DNA from: Balneolaceae bacterium
GTDB taxonomy: Bacteria; Bacteroidota; Rhodothermia; Balneolales; Balneolaceae
NCBI GenBank assembly: GCA_040222455.1
Contig: JAVKDD010000033.1
Coordinates: 180,671-244,670 of the forward strand
Length of the DNA stretch: 64,000 bases
Direction: 5' to 3'
This document shows positions 19,088-28,194 of this stretch, piece by piece. The translations under genes were made by a program, and so were the position numbers. Position 1 is the stretch's first letter; every line of letters starts with the position of its first letter. The notes under the pieces are model-generated. The model was not told the DNA's origin. It saw only the letters and a program-made list of their open reading frames with translations, and did not search any database.

Positions 19088-20056
19088 ATGTATTACAATA
19101 AGAATCATTTTCTAAGCATTATTGCATTCTTAATTTTTATTCACACTTCTATTTTTGGAAGCGCTTTTGCACAGGAAATAACTCGTACTAATGTAACATT
19201 CGACAATGGGAGATTTACTTTACATGGTGAACTTGTAATTCCAGATACTTCAGATAATGCTCCAGTAATTGTTTTTCTAGTTGGTTCGGGAGCTAACTCG
19301 TCACATCGTACTTTATACGAAGATTTCGTTCAGCAAAATCTTGAAAAGTTATTTTTAGATGAAGGAGTTGCTATTCTTTATTTTGATAAGCGAGGTATTG
19401 GTAAATCTGACGGACGTTGGCAACGAACTAACCTTTATGAACGCGCCTCAGATGCAAAAGCAGCCATAGATTTTCTGAAGACCCAAGGTCGAATTGATAG
19501 CTCCAGAATTGGTATTATTGGGCATGGACAAGGAGGTTGGGTTGCCCAAATTATTGGCGATAGATTTCGAAACGATATAAAATTCATTGCTTCTCTTGCT
19601 GCTCCTACTTTTGATGTTAAACTTCAACTTACCAACGATTATTACAGTCGTTTTTTGTGTGAAGGTGAAGAAGACGGTAAAGCTTTTGATAAGGCCAGTA
19701 AAAAAGCTCTCTCGGATATAAACTGGGTTACTTGGTTTCCTGTTACTAAAGCATGGAGACAATTAAAGGAAATAAGTGACTTTGACCCTGCACCTCATCT
19801 ACTAGAACTAGACATTCCTTCACTTTTTGTATTTGCAGAAAATGATTATTTCGTTTACCCGGGTTGGGCAATAGGCGCTTTAAATGATACTTTCAAACAA
19901 TCGATTCCTGAAAATTTTAATCTACAAATTATTCCTGGGGCGAATCATGATTTTAGGTTGGCGGAAATGTGTACTTCTATCGAAGATTCTAATCTTGAAC
20001 CATACTCAAGCTATTTCCAACAGATTTTTAAATCCTGGGTATTAAGTAATCTCTAA
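19088..20056 (+). CDS. Alpha/beta-hydrolase-fold protein (secreted), with an atypical nucleophile motif
   Basis: 322 aa with a signal peptide. It has the pattern ...VIVFLVGSG..., GIIGHGQGGW at the nucleophile elbow, then ENDYFV and GANHDF. See the finding on the missing Ser. Confidence 0.55.
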   Translation: MYYNKNHFLSIIAFLIFIHTSIFGSAFAQEITRTNVTFDNGRFTLHGELVIPDTSDNAPVIVFLVGSGANSSHRTLYEDFVQQNLEKLFLDEGVAILYFDKRGIGKSDGRWQRTNLYERASDAKAAIDFLKTQGRIDSSRIGIIGHGQGGWVAQIIGDRFRNDIKFIASLAAPTFDVKLQLTNDYYSRFLCEGEEDGKAFDKASKKALSDINWVTWFPVTKAWRQLKEISDFDPAPHLLELDIPSLFVFAENDYFVYPGWAIGALNDTFKQSIPENFNLQIIPGANHDFRLAEMCTSIEDSNLEPYSSYFQQIFKSWVLSNL

Positions 20057-20847
20057 AGTTCTCTGATCCAAATATTTCTGAATTGCATGGGATCCCCATG
20101 ATCTTGTAAAGCAATTGGAAGCTTGTTGGCATGTGCTACATAATAAGGAGTTCCGATATAACAGGTAGGTCCTAATAGCTCTACATTATTTTGAACTAGT
20201 ACTCCATTATGAAATACAGTAATTCTTGCTGGAGAAACTAGCGTCCCTTTTTCCGAAAACTTCGGAGCCATAAAAATAATATCGTATTTCTGCCAAGTAT
20301 CAACAGGCTTAGAAGCATTTACTAGTGGAATGTGCTGTTTGTAAACTGAGCTAGCCTGACCATTACTATAAGTTGGGTTTTCATAAGAGTTCAAAATCTG
20401 AACTTCATACATTCCCATAAAAAACACACCACTATTACTATATAATTGACCTGCTTTTCCTTCTGCTTTAGGTGCTAACCATTCAATATGTAGTTGAACA
20501 TCACTAAAACCCATTTTTGTCTCAATTGGCCCCGTACCAGGTTTAACAGTTAAAACCTCTGAGTAAATCTCCCATTCAGCAGGTTCACCTTTTCCATCTG
20601 CCTTAAGTGTTGGAATAACATCTTTCATGTCTTGCATACTTGCTCCTAAAGGAGTTTGTTGGCTTTGCCACTTTGATAAACTTGTACCATCAAATAATAT
20701 AATTGCATCTGAAGGTGCCGAATCTCCTATGCCGGGAGTAACTTTTTCCAATACCTTATAAAGCTCTGTGGCTTCTGGAACTTGCTTTTGAGCGTATAGT
20801 GAAGTAGTCAAAAATAGACTAATAATAAATAGACTGCTTTTTTTCAT
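20053..20847 (-). CDS. DUF1080 (3-keto-disaccharide hydrolase-like) domain protein
   Basis: The C-terminal PIALQDHGDPMQFRNIWIREL is the typical DUF1080 ending. The internal ATG at 20847 gives a clean signal peptide, MKKSSLFIISLFLTTSLYAQ. Confidence 0.7.
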   Translation of the reverse strand: MKKSSLFIISLFLTTSLYAQKQVPEATELYKVLEKVTPGIGDSAPSDAIILFDGTSLSKWQSQQTPLGASMQDMKDVIPTLKADGKGEPAEWEIYSEVLTVKPGTGPIETKMGFSDVQLHIEWLAPKAEGKAGQLYSNSGVFFMGMYEVQILNSYENPTYSNGQASSVYKQHIPLVNASKPVDTWQKYDIIFMAPKFSEKGTLVSPARITVFHNGVLVQNNVELLGPTCYIGTPYYVAHANKLPIALQDHGDPMQFRNIWIREL

Positions 20848-20919
20848 CGATATAGATCCAGTTAATTGAAATATGAGTAATATAAAATTTTTAGTCATTT
20901 CTGTGACATCAAAGAAATT

Positions 20920-22962
20920 CTACCACGTTGATTGCCAGAACATTTTTGTAACCACATCACCCTGTACAATTCGATCAACAACTTCCATTCCTTCTATTAC
21001 TTCTCCAATAATGGTATATCTTCCATTCAAATGTGGCTGCCATTGGTGCATTATAAAAAATTGACTGCCTTCTGTATCGGTACCAGCGCTTGCTATTCCT
21101 ACTTTTCCTCTTTCATAATGAACTGGACTTGCCTCTGTAGGAACTACATAGTCAGGCCCTCCAAAGCCATTCTGTGTCTCAATATCTCCACCTTGTATCA
21201 CAAAATTTGGAACAACTCTATGAAATGGAACTCCATGGTATGCATTTTCTTTTACCAACTGCTGAATTCCCGAAATTGTGGCAGGAGCATTTAAGACGTC
21301 CATTTCAATTTTCATATCTCCTTTATTGGTTTCTATAACTAATATAGGATATGCCCCAAGCCAGGTAAGTCGTTTCCAATCAGGTATTCTAAACTCGGTT
21401 GAAGGACTTTCACTTTCCGGAATCTCCCAACCTTGATTTCTTAAACTTTGATTTAAAGCAGCATTATTTTCACTTGCTAGTGAATCAATTAAACCAGAAG
21501 CTTCCACTTCAAAGCGATCTTTTAAAACCGAGGTTATTGCCTGATATACTTCGATATCTTCAGGAAGCTTAAAACGGGAAATCATTTCCTCAAATAATAC
21601 ATATTCTGAATCATCAATGAGAAGCGAATCCCTGAACAGAGACCCCATCACAAATATCATTGATCGATCTGCTGTTTTCATTTGATCTTTTACCACTGTC
21701 TTAACCGGGATGATGTAATCGTTTTTCAATGAATCTGAGATACTACCCCACCAGTTTGCTAATTCTTGTAAAGCAAAAAACTGATCCAATCTGTGCTCAG
21801 ATTCTGCATCCGCTTTAATTTGTTCTAAAACTTCTTTCTTCGTCAAAATCTTTTCTAAAACACCATATTTGAGTGAAGTTAAATATGGGTTGCCTTCACT
21901 TAGCTCATAAACCAGGTTTTCATAAATATTGGGGTTTTGAATTGTTTGTAATGCTTCTAACCTCAGTGCAGGTTGAACACCACGAATCAATCCAATTTTA
22001 TTTAGAATTGCACGATCTAGAGTACCATTTAGCTCTTCTTGTTTAGCGGCTATGGTCTTTAGTGTCTCAATTTTTACATTTGGATTATTATGATCCAGCA
22101 ATCCGTTCAATACAACTGAGGCATATTTTGACAATTCATATCTTCGAATACCTTGCGCCACTTCTATTGCCAATTGAACATCCATGAATTCGAATTCATT
22201 TAGCTCAAACCTAAATAGTGCTTTATCTACATTTATTTTTAAGAGAATACGCTGGATATACTGCTCAGTAGCTCGGTCTTCAGGATAAAAATTTTCTAAA
22301 AGCACTAGGAATTCTTTTTCTGCCTCTTTGCTTAAATCTTTTCTACTTCGATAAAATCCATACAAATATCCTCGAGCAATTTTATCTCCTGAAGTTTCTA
22401 ATGCTCTTCTTATTATTGCAAGTTCTTGCTCAATTGAAAGGTCTTGAGTAATGCTCAATCTACCTATTGCCAAAGCAATTTCGAATCGGGTTTCAAAATC
22501 CTCTGCAAGCTGACTTCCCAACAAAAGTTCAAGTGATATTGAATTTCCTTTCTGTCCTATAACGGTTGCAAGTCCTTTCCTAAGCTCAGGCTTTTCTTCC
22601 CATAATTGATGAAGTTTGTCTAAATTTTCTTCACTCAATTCTTTTAGCCATAGAGATGCCCAAGCCTCGTTTGTATTTACAAGTGCGATTTTCTCAATTA
22701 AAGTGGATGTCTCGCCTGTTGAGGTACTGATTAAAGCTTTCCATGCTTGTTTTTGAAGCTCAGTGGAGAGATCCTGATTTGTAAAAGTTAAAATTTTATC
22801 TGAATCTCTTTCATAAACTGCTTCATATAAATTGGGATATTCGTTTAATAAAAGTTCCGTCTCCTCTGGATTTGTCTTCACACAGTTCAATCCAAAAATC
22901 AAAATAAATGTTATACCTAAAATTGTGTACATACTTTGCACACATTTTTTATTGACCTTCAT
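20920..22962 (-). CDS. Cyclophilin-type peptidyl-prolyl isomerase with a long helical-repeat N-terminal region
   Basis: 680 aa. The C-terminal part, PFHRVVPNFVIQGGD...GKVGIASAGTDTEGSQFFI...GRYTIIGEVIEGMEVVDRI, is a cyclophilin domain. Confidence 0.8.
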   Translation of the reverse strand: MKVNKKCVQSMYTILGITFILIFGLNCVKTNPEETELLLNEYPNLYEAVYERDSDKILTFTNQDLSTELQKQAWKALISTSTGETSTLIEKIALVNTNEAWASLWLKELSEENLDKLHQLWEEKPELRKGLATVIGQKGNSISLELLLGSQLAEDFETRFEIALAIGRLSITQDLSIEQELAIIRRALETSGDKIARGYLYGFYRSRKDLSKEAEKEFLVLLENFYPEDRATEQYIQRILLKINVDKALFRFELNEFEFMDVQLAIEVAQGIRRYELSKYASVVLNGLLDHNNPNVKIETLKTIAAKQEELNGTLDRAILNKIGLIRGVQPALRLEALQTIQNPNIYENLVYELSEGNPYLTSLKYGVLEKILTKKEVLEQIKADAESEHRLDQFFALQELANWWGSISDSLKNDYIIPVKTVVKDQMKTADRSMIFVMGSLFRDSLLIDDSEYVLFEEMISRFKLPEDIEVYQAITSVLKDRFEVEASGLIDSLASENNAALNQSLRNQGWEIPESESPSTEFRIPDWKRLTWLGAYPILVIETNKGDMKIEMDVLNAPATISGIQQLVKENAYHGVPFHRVVPNFVIQGGDIETQNGFGGPDYVVPTEASPVHYERGKVGIASAGTDTEGSQFFIMHQWQPHLNGRYTIIGEVIEGMEVVDRIVQGDVVTKMFWQSTW

Positions 22963-23012
22963 TCAAAAACTCCTTTTATTACACATGTTTCACACATTAA
23001 GTATTTTTAACT

Positions 23013-23669
23013 ATGGATAATGCACATTTAACTCGAAAACAACAGGAATTTTTTTCCTTTATCGTAGACTATAAAAAAGAATATGATGTATGGCCAACTT
23101 ACCGTGAAATAGCCGACCATTTTGACTATCGATCTCCCAATAGCGTTACCCAAAATATTCAGGCACTTCTAAAAAAAGGATTCCTAATTAAGAAAAATGA
23201 TGAAGAGTATGATCTCCCTTCTGATAAAAAAAGCATGCTATCAGAAGATTCTGAATCACAAGGAATTCCTATACGAGGCTTGATTGCTGCCGGTTATTTA
23301 CAAGAAGCAGTAGAAGCTGATTTAGGGAGCATTACCATGTCTACCCTATTCCCAAACTTAGATAAACTTTTTGCTTTGCGAGTTTCTGGTTTTAGTATGA
23401 AGAATGCGAATATTTATGATGGAGACTTTGTGCTACTCATGGACACGAAACTTAAAAGTGGTGACATTGGCGCAGTACTATATAATGGTGAAACCACACT
23501 TAAAAAAATATTCTGGGACGATAATGGTCTTCGTCTGGAAGCCGCTAATGAAGATTACGATGATATTATCGTTGAACCGAATGTCTTTGAAGAGGTAAAA
23601 ATTATAGGAAAGTATATCGGGCATGTTAATCGACAAGGATTTCAGAGAGCTACTTCAAAAGTAGCCTAA
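23013..23669 (+). CDS. lexA: LexA repressor (S24 peptidase)
   Basis: 218 aa with a winged-helix N-terminus (LTRKQQEFFSFIVDY...YREIADHF). The Ala-Gly cleavage site is in GLIAAGYLQEAVE. The catalytic Ser is in RVSGFSMKNANIYDGDFVLL and the Lys is in TTLKKIF. Confidence 0.85.
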   Translation: MDNAHLTRKQQEFFSFIVDYKKEYDVWPTYREIADHFDYRSPNSVTQNIQALLKKGFLIKKNDEEYDLPSDKKSMLSEDSESQGIPIRGLIAAGYLQEAVEADLGSITMSTLFPNLDKLFALRVSGFSMKNANIYDGDFVLLMDTKLKSGDIGAVLYNGETTLKKIFWDDNGLRLEAANEDYDDIIVEPNVFEEVKIIGKYIGHVNRQGFQRATSKVA

Positions 23670-23671
23670 TT

Positions 23672-24190
23672 TTATTCTGCTTTCTTTCTGTAGTGCCCAT
23701 CAAATATTGTTACCCAAGTGGTTCCTTTATCATTGGATTGCTCCCAATGCTGACGGATATGATTGTCTGATAAATGGTAAAAGGTGAGTTTATAATCAAG
23801 CTTGACCCCTCCTTGCCCAAAACCTTCTCCAGTATAGTTCATAGACTTCGTTTCTGAATTGTATTCTCCAGAAAATTCTATGGGTATTCCGCCACTTCCA
23901 ATCCATTTTTGATGCCATTTTTGATCAATAACACTATAATAGTTTAAACTTTTACCAGAATACCCTGAACTACCAGACCAATTTTCTAAGATTACACAGT
24001 CACCTACAGTTAACTCAATCCTACTATTGCCCACAACTACATTATTTGGATTCTTTACTTCCCACTCTCCAATCCAAAAATCGAACTGTCTGTATTCAGG
24101 GTTACTTGCACAACGAGACTGTTGAGCGTTTAAGTTAACACCCAATAGAAAGAATAGAATGGATACTATACTCAGGAATTTCATATTCAT
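23672..24190 (-). CDS. Secreted hypothetical protein
   Basis: 172 aa with a signal peptide (MNMKFLSIVSILFFLLGVNLNAQ). I recognise the motif FDFWIGEWEV only as a recurring uncharacterised family. Confidence 0.35.
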   Translation of the reverse strand: MNMKFLSIVSILFFLLGVNLNAQQSRCASNPEYRQFDFWIGEWEVKNPNNVVVGNSRIELTVGDCVILENWSGSSGYSGKSLNYYSVIDQKWHQKWIGSGGIPIEFSGEYNSETKSMNYTGEGFGQGGVKLDYKLTFYHLSDNHIRQHWEQSNDKGTTWVTIFDGHYRKKAE

Positions 24191-24335
24191 ACTCTTCTTA
24201 GTTTCTATTTCTAAATGCTCATCAATCTAAACCTAAAACACCTTTAAATAAACTCAATTTATCACACAATCAAGCATCTTAACATTTCTGTAAATTTAAT
24301 ATGTCTTTTTGCTTTTTTTTGAAACACGTTTCCCT

Positions 24336-24343
24336 TATCTTTG
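24336..24343 (+). promoter_or_regulatory. Possible Bacteroidota-type -7 promoter element (TAnnTTTG) for rplU-rpmA
   Basis: TATCTTTG at 24336-24343, 41 nt upstream of the rplU ATG. Upstream TTTG motifs are present, but not at the canonical 19-21 nt spacing. Confidence 0.25.
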
Positions 24344-24383
24344 AAAGCTCTGATAAAATCGCAAAAGAAATTAAATAAACATT

Positions 24384-24878
24384 ATGTACGCGATCGTTGA
24401 AATTGGCGGACATCAATATAAAGTAGCTGAAAAAGATGTTTTGTTTGTAGACAAACAAAACGTAGAAGGTAAAGACCTTTCGTTTGATAGAGTACTACTT
24501 ATTAAAGATGAAAGCGGTGTTAAAGTTGGAACTCCTGTTGTAGAAGGCGCTGAAGTATCAGCTACCATTCTAGAAACTGTTAAAGCTGATAAAATTCTTG
24601 TTTTCAAAAAGAAACGTAGAAAAGGATATCAAAAACTAAATGGACACCGACAAGTAATGTCTCAAATACAAATTGAGGGAATTACAATTGGTGGAACAAA
24701 GAAAAAAGCAGCTCCTAAAAAAGCTGAAGCTAAAACTGAAGAACCAACTCCTGCTAAAGCAGAATCTTCAGATTTAAGTTCTAATACTGTAGCTGAACTT
24801 AAAAAAATGGCAAAAGAACAAAATATTTCTGGCTATTCTAGCATGAAGAAAGCCGAATTAATCGAAGCGTTAAGCTAA
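24384..24878 (+). CDS. rplU: 50S ribosomal protein L21 with a C-terminal extension
   Basis: MYAIVEIGGHQYKV... is the canonical L21 start. The core is about 102 aa. It is followed by a Lys/Ala/Pro linker and a Rho_N/SAP-like helix-turn-helix tail. Confidence 0.9.
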   Translation: MYAIVEIGGHQYKVAEKDVLFVDKQNVEGKDLSFDRVLLIKDESGVKVGTPVVEGAEVSATILETVKADKILVFKKKRRKGYQKLNGHRQVMSQIQIEGITIGGTKKKAAPKKAEAKTEEPTPAKAESSDLSSNTVAELKKMAKEQNISGYSSMKKAELIEALS

Positions 24879-24896
24879 AATTAAAGGTATACACAA

Positions 24897-25154
24897 ATGG
24901 CACATAAGAAAGGGCAAGGTTCTACAAGAAACGGTCGTGATTCACAAAGTAAAAGACTTGGTGTAAAAAGATTTGGTGGAGAGTTTGTTCGTGCTGGCGG
25001 AATTATCGTTCGTCAACGCGGAACAAAATTTCACCCAGGTATCAATGTAATGCGAGGCGGAGATGATACTTTATTTTCTACTGCTGATGGACATGTATCA
25101 TTTTCTACAAAAGCAGGCGGAAGAAAGTTTGTTAATGTAGAGCACTTAAGCTAA
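24897..25154 (+). CDS. rpmA: 50S ribosomal protein L27
   Basis: [31 protein letters not shown]... is canonical L27. Confidence 0.95.
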   Translation: MAHKKGQGSTRNGRDSQSKRLGVKRFGGEFVRAGGIIVRQRGTKFHPGINVMRGGDDTLFSTADGHVSFSTKAGGRKFVNVEHLS

Positions 25155-25174
25155 GATTTTATAATCTTTTTAAA

Positions 25175-25207
25175 AGCCATTCGTCAGCAGACGAATGGCT
25201 TTTTTTA
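25175..25207 (+). terminator. Rho-independent terminator of rplU-rpmA
   Basis: A perfect 11-bp stem, AGCCATTCGTC (25175-25185) paired with GACGAATGGCT (25190-25200), around a 4-nt loop, followed by a T-run. Confidence 0.8.
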
Positions 25208-25219
25208 TATCTTTGAATT

Positions 25220-25870
25220 ATGAAAAATCCAATCATACCAAGCCTTAATATTCCTGTGCGTTCGATATTCTGCATTGGTAGAAATTATTTAGAACATGCA
25301 AAAGAAATGGGTCAGCAGGCTCCAAATGAACCACTAGTTTTTTTAAAGCCTTTAAGTTCAATTTGCTACACAAATTCGAAAGTAAAGTTACCAAATCAAT
25401 CTAAAGATATTCATCACGAAGTGGAGTTAGTACTAGCAATAGGAAAACAAGGGAAAAATATATCTAAAGAAACTGCTTTAGAACATGTGGCAGGTTTTGG
25501 AATAGGAATTGATTTTACCGCAAGAGATCTTCAAAAAAAAGCTAAAGAAAAAGGGCTCCCTTGGAGTATCGCCAAAGGATTTGATAATTTTGCGCCAATT
25601 GGGAGTTTTACCCCCTTTTCTTCGGATGCATTTCCAGAATGTACTATTTCTGTATCTGTGAATGGTGAAAAAAGGCAACATGGAACTACATCTGATATGA
25701 TTTTTGATGTGCCTACTTTAATTAGTTTTCTTTCAACTATATTTACTCTTGAAAAAGGAGATTTAATTTTTACGGGAACTCCTGAAGGGGTTTCATCAGT
25801 AAAAAAAGGAGACTTAGTTGAAGCCTGTATTGAAAATGTTGAATCTACCTTAACCGTTACGATCGCGTAG
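25220..25870 (+). CDS. Fumarylacetoacetate hydrolase (FAH) family protein
   Basis: 216 aa. IFCIGRNYLEHAKEMG, HHEVELVLAIGK and GDLIFTGTPEGV are typical of the FAH family. Confidence 0.8.
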   Translation: MKNPIIPSLNIPVRSIFCIGRNYLEHAKEMGQQAPNEPLVFLKPLSSICYTNSKVKLPNQSKDIHHEVELVLAIGKQGKNISKETALEHVAGFGIGIDFTARDLQKKAKEKGLPWSIAKGFDNFAPIGSFTPFSSDAFPECTISVSVNGEKRQHGTTSDMIFDVPTLISFLSTIFTLEKGDLIFTGTPEGVSSVKKGDLVEACIENVESTLTVTIA

Positions 25871-27702
25871 TGATTTGCCGACCTCTCTTATTAGTTTTTT
25901 TTACCCTTAGCCCAATATTAATTTTAGCGCAATCTCAGGATTATATCTGGCCTACAAATGCTAGTCAACATCTTACATCTACATTTGGGGAAACTCGTTC
26001 TGGCCACTTCCATTCCGGACTAGATATAAAAACATGGGGCCGAGAAGGTTATAAAGTATTCGCCGCTAAAGATGGTATTGTGTACCGCTTAGGTGTTTCA
26101 GTAGAAGGATATGGAAAAGTTATTTACCTGAAGCATAATGATGGCACTTATACTGTATATGCTCACCTTCAAAGAATGAATAGAGAGCTTCAAGCTTATG
26201 TTGATTCCGTTAGAATGACTGATTACTCCTTTGAAGCAGAATTATATATACAAGAAAAAAATATCCGGGTTTCCCAAGGAGATGTAATTGGTTATACAGG
26301 TTCAACCGGTGTTGGACCACCCCATCTACATTTTGAAATAAGAGATTCTACAGATACTCCTATGAATGCCTTATTAAGTAATCTAACCGTTAAAGATAAT
26401 ATTGCACCAACATTTTCTGCTTTACTAGTTTTTCCTTTATCAAAATACACGACCATACGAGGTTCCAGATTTCCTCAACTTTATTATCCTTCAAAAAAGG
26501 TAACTGATGAAGTTGATTTTGGAGTAATTGAAGCTAATGGAGCCATTGGATTAAGTATTTCTACTTATGATGAATCGAATGAAGTAACCAATAAGTATGC
26601 AGTTTATGAGCTTGGGCTTATTTCTGAAGGAGACACTCTTTTTTATGAACGATTAGACAAATTTAGGTTTGATGAAGATAATGTGATGTTTACAGATCGC
26701 CTTCCAGCTTTTGGTGCAACCCGCAGATCTTACCAAACCCTGTTTAAAAAAGATGGTCCTAAAAATCCTTTTTATATAATTGTTGATCCTCGTACTTACA
26801 TACAACCTGCAGATTCTTTAGTCAGCTTTACCATATTTGCTAAAGACTATTATGGAAATGAAAGCAGGGCAAATCTAACTTTAAAGAATTCGACATTAAA
26901 CTCCTTGAATCAAAATAATGAAGTTCTTAACTCTAAGTCAGATTGGTATTGGACTGAGGACTGGGCTTTTACCGGGGCTGAGATATTAGACTTTGAAAAC
27001 TTTAACTCAGGTGTTTTATGGGATTCAGCTTATTCTCAAAGAATAACTTTTGATGATTCTGGCGATACTATTTGGACTCGGGTTAAACCTAGCCAAACAT
27101 ATTCCATTAATAGTCCAAACAGAAATCTTTCCGTTAAATTCCCAATAAATTCTTTCTTTGATAGTCTTACAGTATCAGTTAACTCAGGTATATTTGATGG
27201 GTACCCATATATAAATCTTCAACCCGAAATTATTCCAACTAGAAACGAATTTAAGATTGAGTACTACTTAGGTAGTCATTTTCTTGAGAATAAAAATTTT
27301 CACCTTTTTAAATTAAATAAACTTGACAATTCGATCTCATATGTGAATTCGAAATTAGTTGGAAAAACAATCCATGCAACTACATCTAGCTTAGGAGAGT
27401 TTTTAGTAATTCCTGATAATGAACCTCCTGTCTTAACTAATCCGCGCATTATCCAATCAGATTATGGTAAGTGGTTTATCCATATTACAGCAATAGATTC
27501 TCTAACTGGTATAAATTTCAAGAATTCCCAAATTTACGTGAACGGAATCAGAGGAATTGTTGAGTTTGATAATGAGGAAGATTTATTGATTTACTATCAC
27601 CCAAATTTTATTCCTGAAAAAGAAAATATCGTTACCGTAAAAATTAGCGACAATGCTGGTAATATAGTTAGCAATACCTATCGCTTAACAATTCAGATAT
27701 AA
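25870..27702 (+). CDS. M23-family metallopeptidase with a long C-terminal extension
   Basis: 610 aa. HSGLDIKTW...AAKDGIVY...HNDGTYTVYAHL...GSTGVGPPHLHFEIRD is the LytM/M23 signature. Confidence 0.75.
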   Translation: MICRPLLLVFFTLSPILILAQSQDYIWPTNASQHLTSTFGETRSGHFHSGLDIKTWGREGYKVFAAKDGIVYRLGVSVEGYGKVIYLKHNDGTYTVYAHLQRMNRELQAYVDSVRMTDYSFEAELYIQEKNIRVSQGDVIGYTGSTGVGPPHLHFEIRDSTDTPMNALLSNLTVKDNIAPTFSALLVFPLSKYTTIRGSRFPQLYYPSKKVTDEVDFGVIEANGAIGLSISTYDESNEVTNKYAVYELGLISEGDTLFYERLDKFRFDEDNVMFTDRLPAFGATRRSYQTLFKKDGPKNPFYIIVDPRTYIQPADSLVSFTIFAKDYYGNESRANLTLKNSTLNSLNQNNEVLNSKSDWYWTEDWAFTGAEILDFENFNSGVLWDSAYSQRITFDDSGDTIWTRVKPSQTYSINSPNRNLSVKFPINSFFDSLTVSVNSGIFDGYPYINLQPEIIPTRNEFKIEYYLGSHFLENKNFHLFKLNKLDNSISYVNSKLVGKTIHATTSSLGEFLVIPDNEPPVLTNPRIIQSDYGKWFIHITAIDSLTGINFKNSQIYVNGIRGIVEFDNEEDLLIYYHPNFIPEKENIVTVKISDNAGNIVSNTYRLTIQI

Positions 27703-28070
27703 GCAATACAGCTTATTTCAACCAATACTTCTTTAGGAAGTGTTTGCACAGCCACTGTTTCTCTAGCAGGTGGTGCGGTGTCAAAAAAGCTTCCATAAAC
27801 TTCATTAACCTTTCCAAAATCATCCATAGTATCTAAAAAAATGGAGCATTTTATCACTTTTGAAAAACTACTCCCTGCTTCCTTTAAAACTTCAGAAAGA
27901 TTCTTCATTACTTGTTTAGCTTGTGTAGCTGCATCCTCACCAACAATGTTCATAGTCTCTGGGTCAAGAGGAATTTGTCCAGAACAGTATACTAAGCCAT
28001 TATGGATTATTGCCTGGCTATAAGGTCCTATAGCTGCTGGTGCATTCGAAGTTGAAACTCTTTTTTTCAT
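27693..28070 (-). CDS. ridA: RidA/YjgF-family reactive-intermediate deaminase
   Basis: 125 aa. APAAIGPYSQAI...GQIPLDP...PARETVAVQTLPKEVLVEI matches the family. Confidence 0.85.
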   Translation of the reverse strand: MKKRVSTSNAPAAIGPYSQAIIHNGLVYCSGQIPLDPETMNIVGEDAATQAKQVMKNLSEVLKEAGSSFSKVIKCSIFLDTMDDFGKVNEVYGSFFDTAPPARETVAVQTLPKEVLVEISCIAYI

Positions 28071-28194
28071 AATTATTTATTTGTGAAATTCTTTAAAACG
28101 GACTCTGTACTTTTATTGCAGAAAGTTCATTATATGGTTACTTTAAACAACTTAATAAAGAATATTTAATCATCCACTTACAAAAAAGATAAAA

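Noticed and set aside
20932-21294. 120-aa plus-strand ORF, plus 20873-21064 and 22832-23020, inside the cyclophilin gene region.
   Set aside because: They are antisense to the clear cyclophilin domain, and their sequences have no family resemblance.
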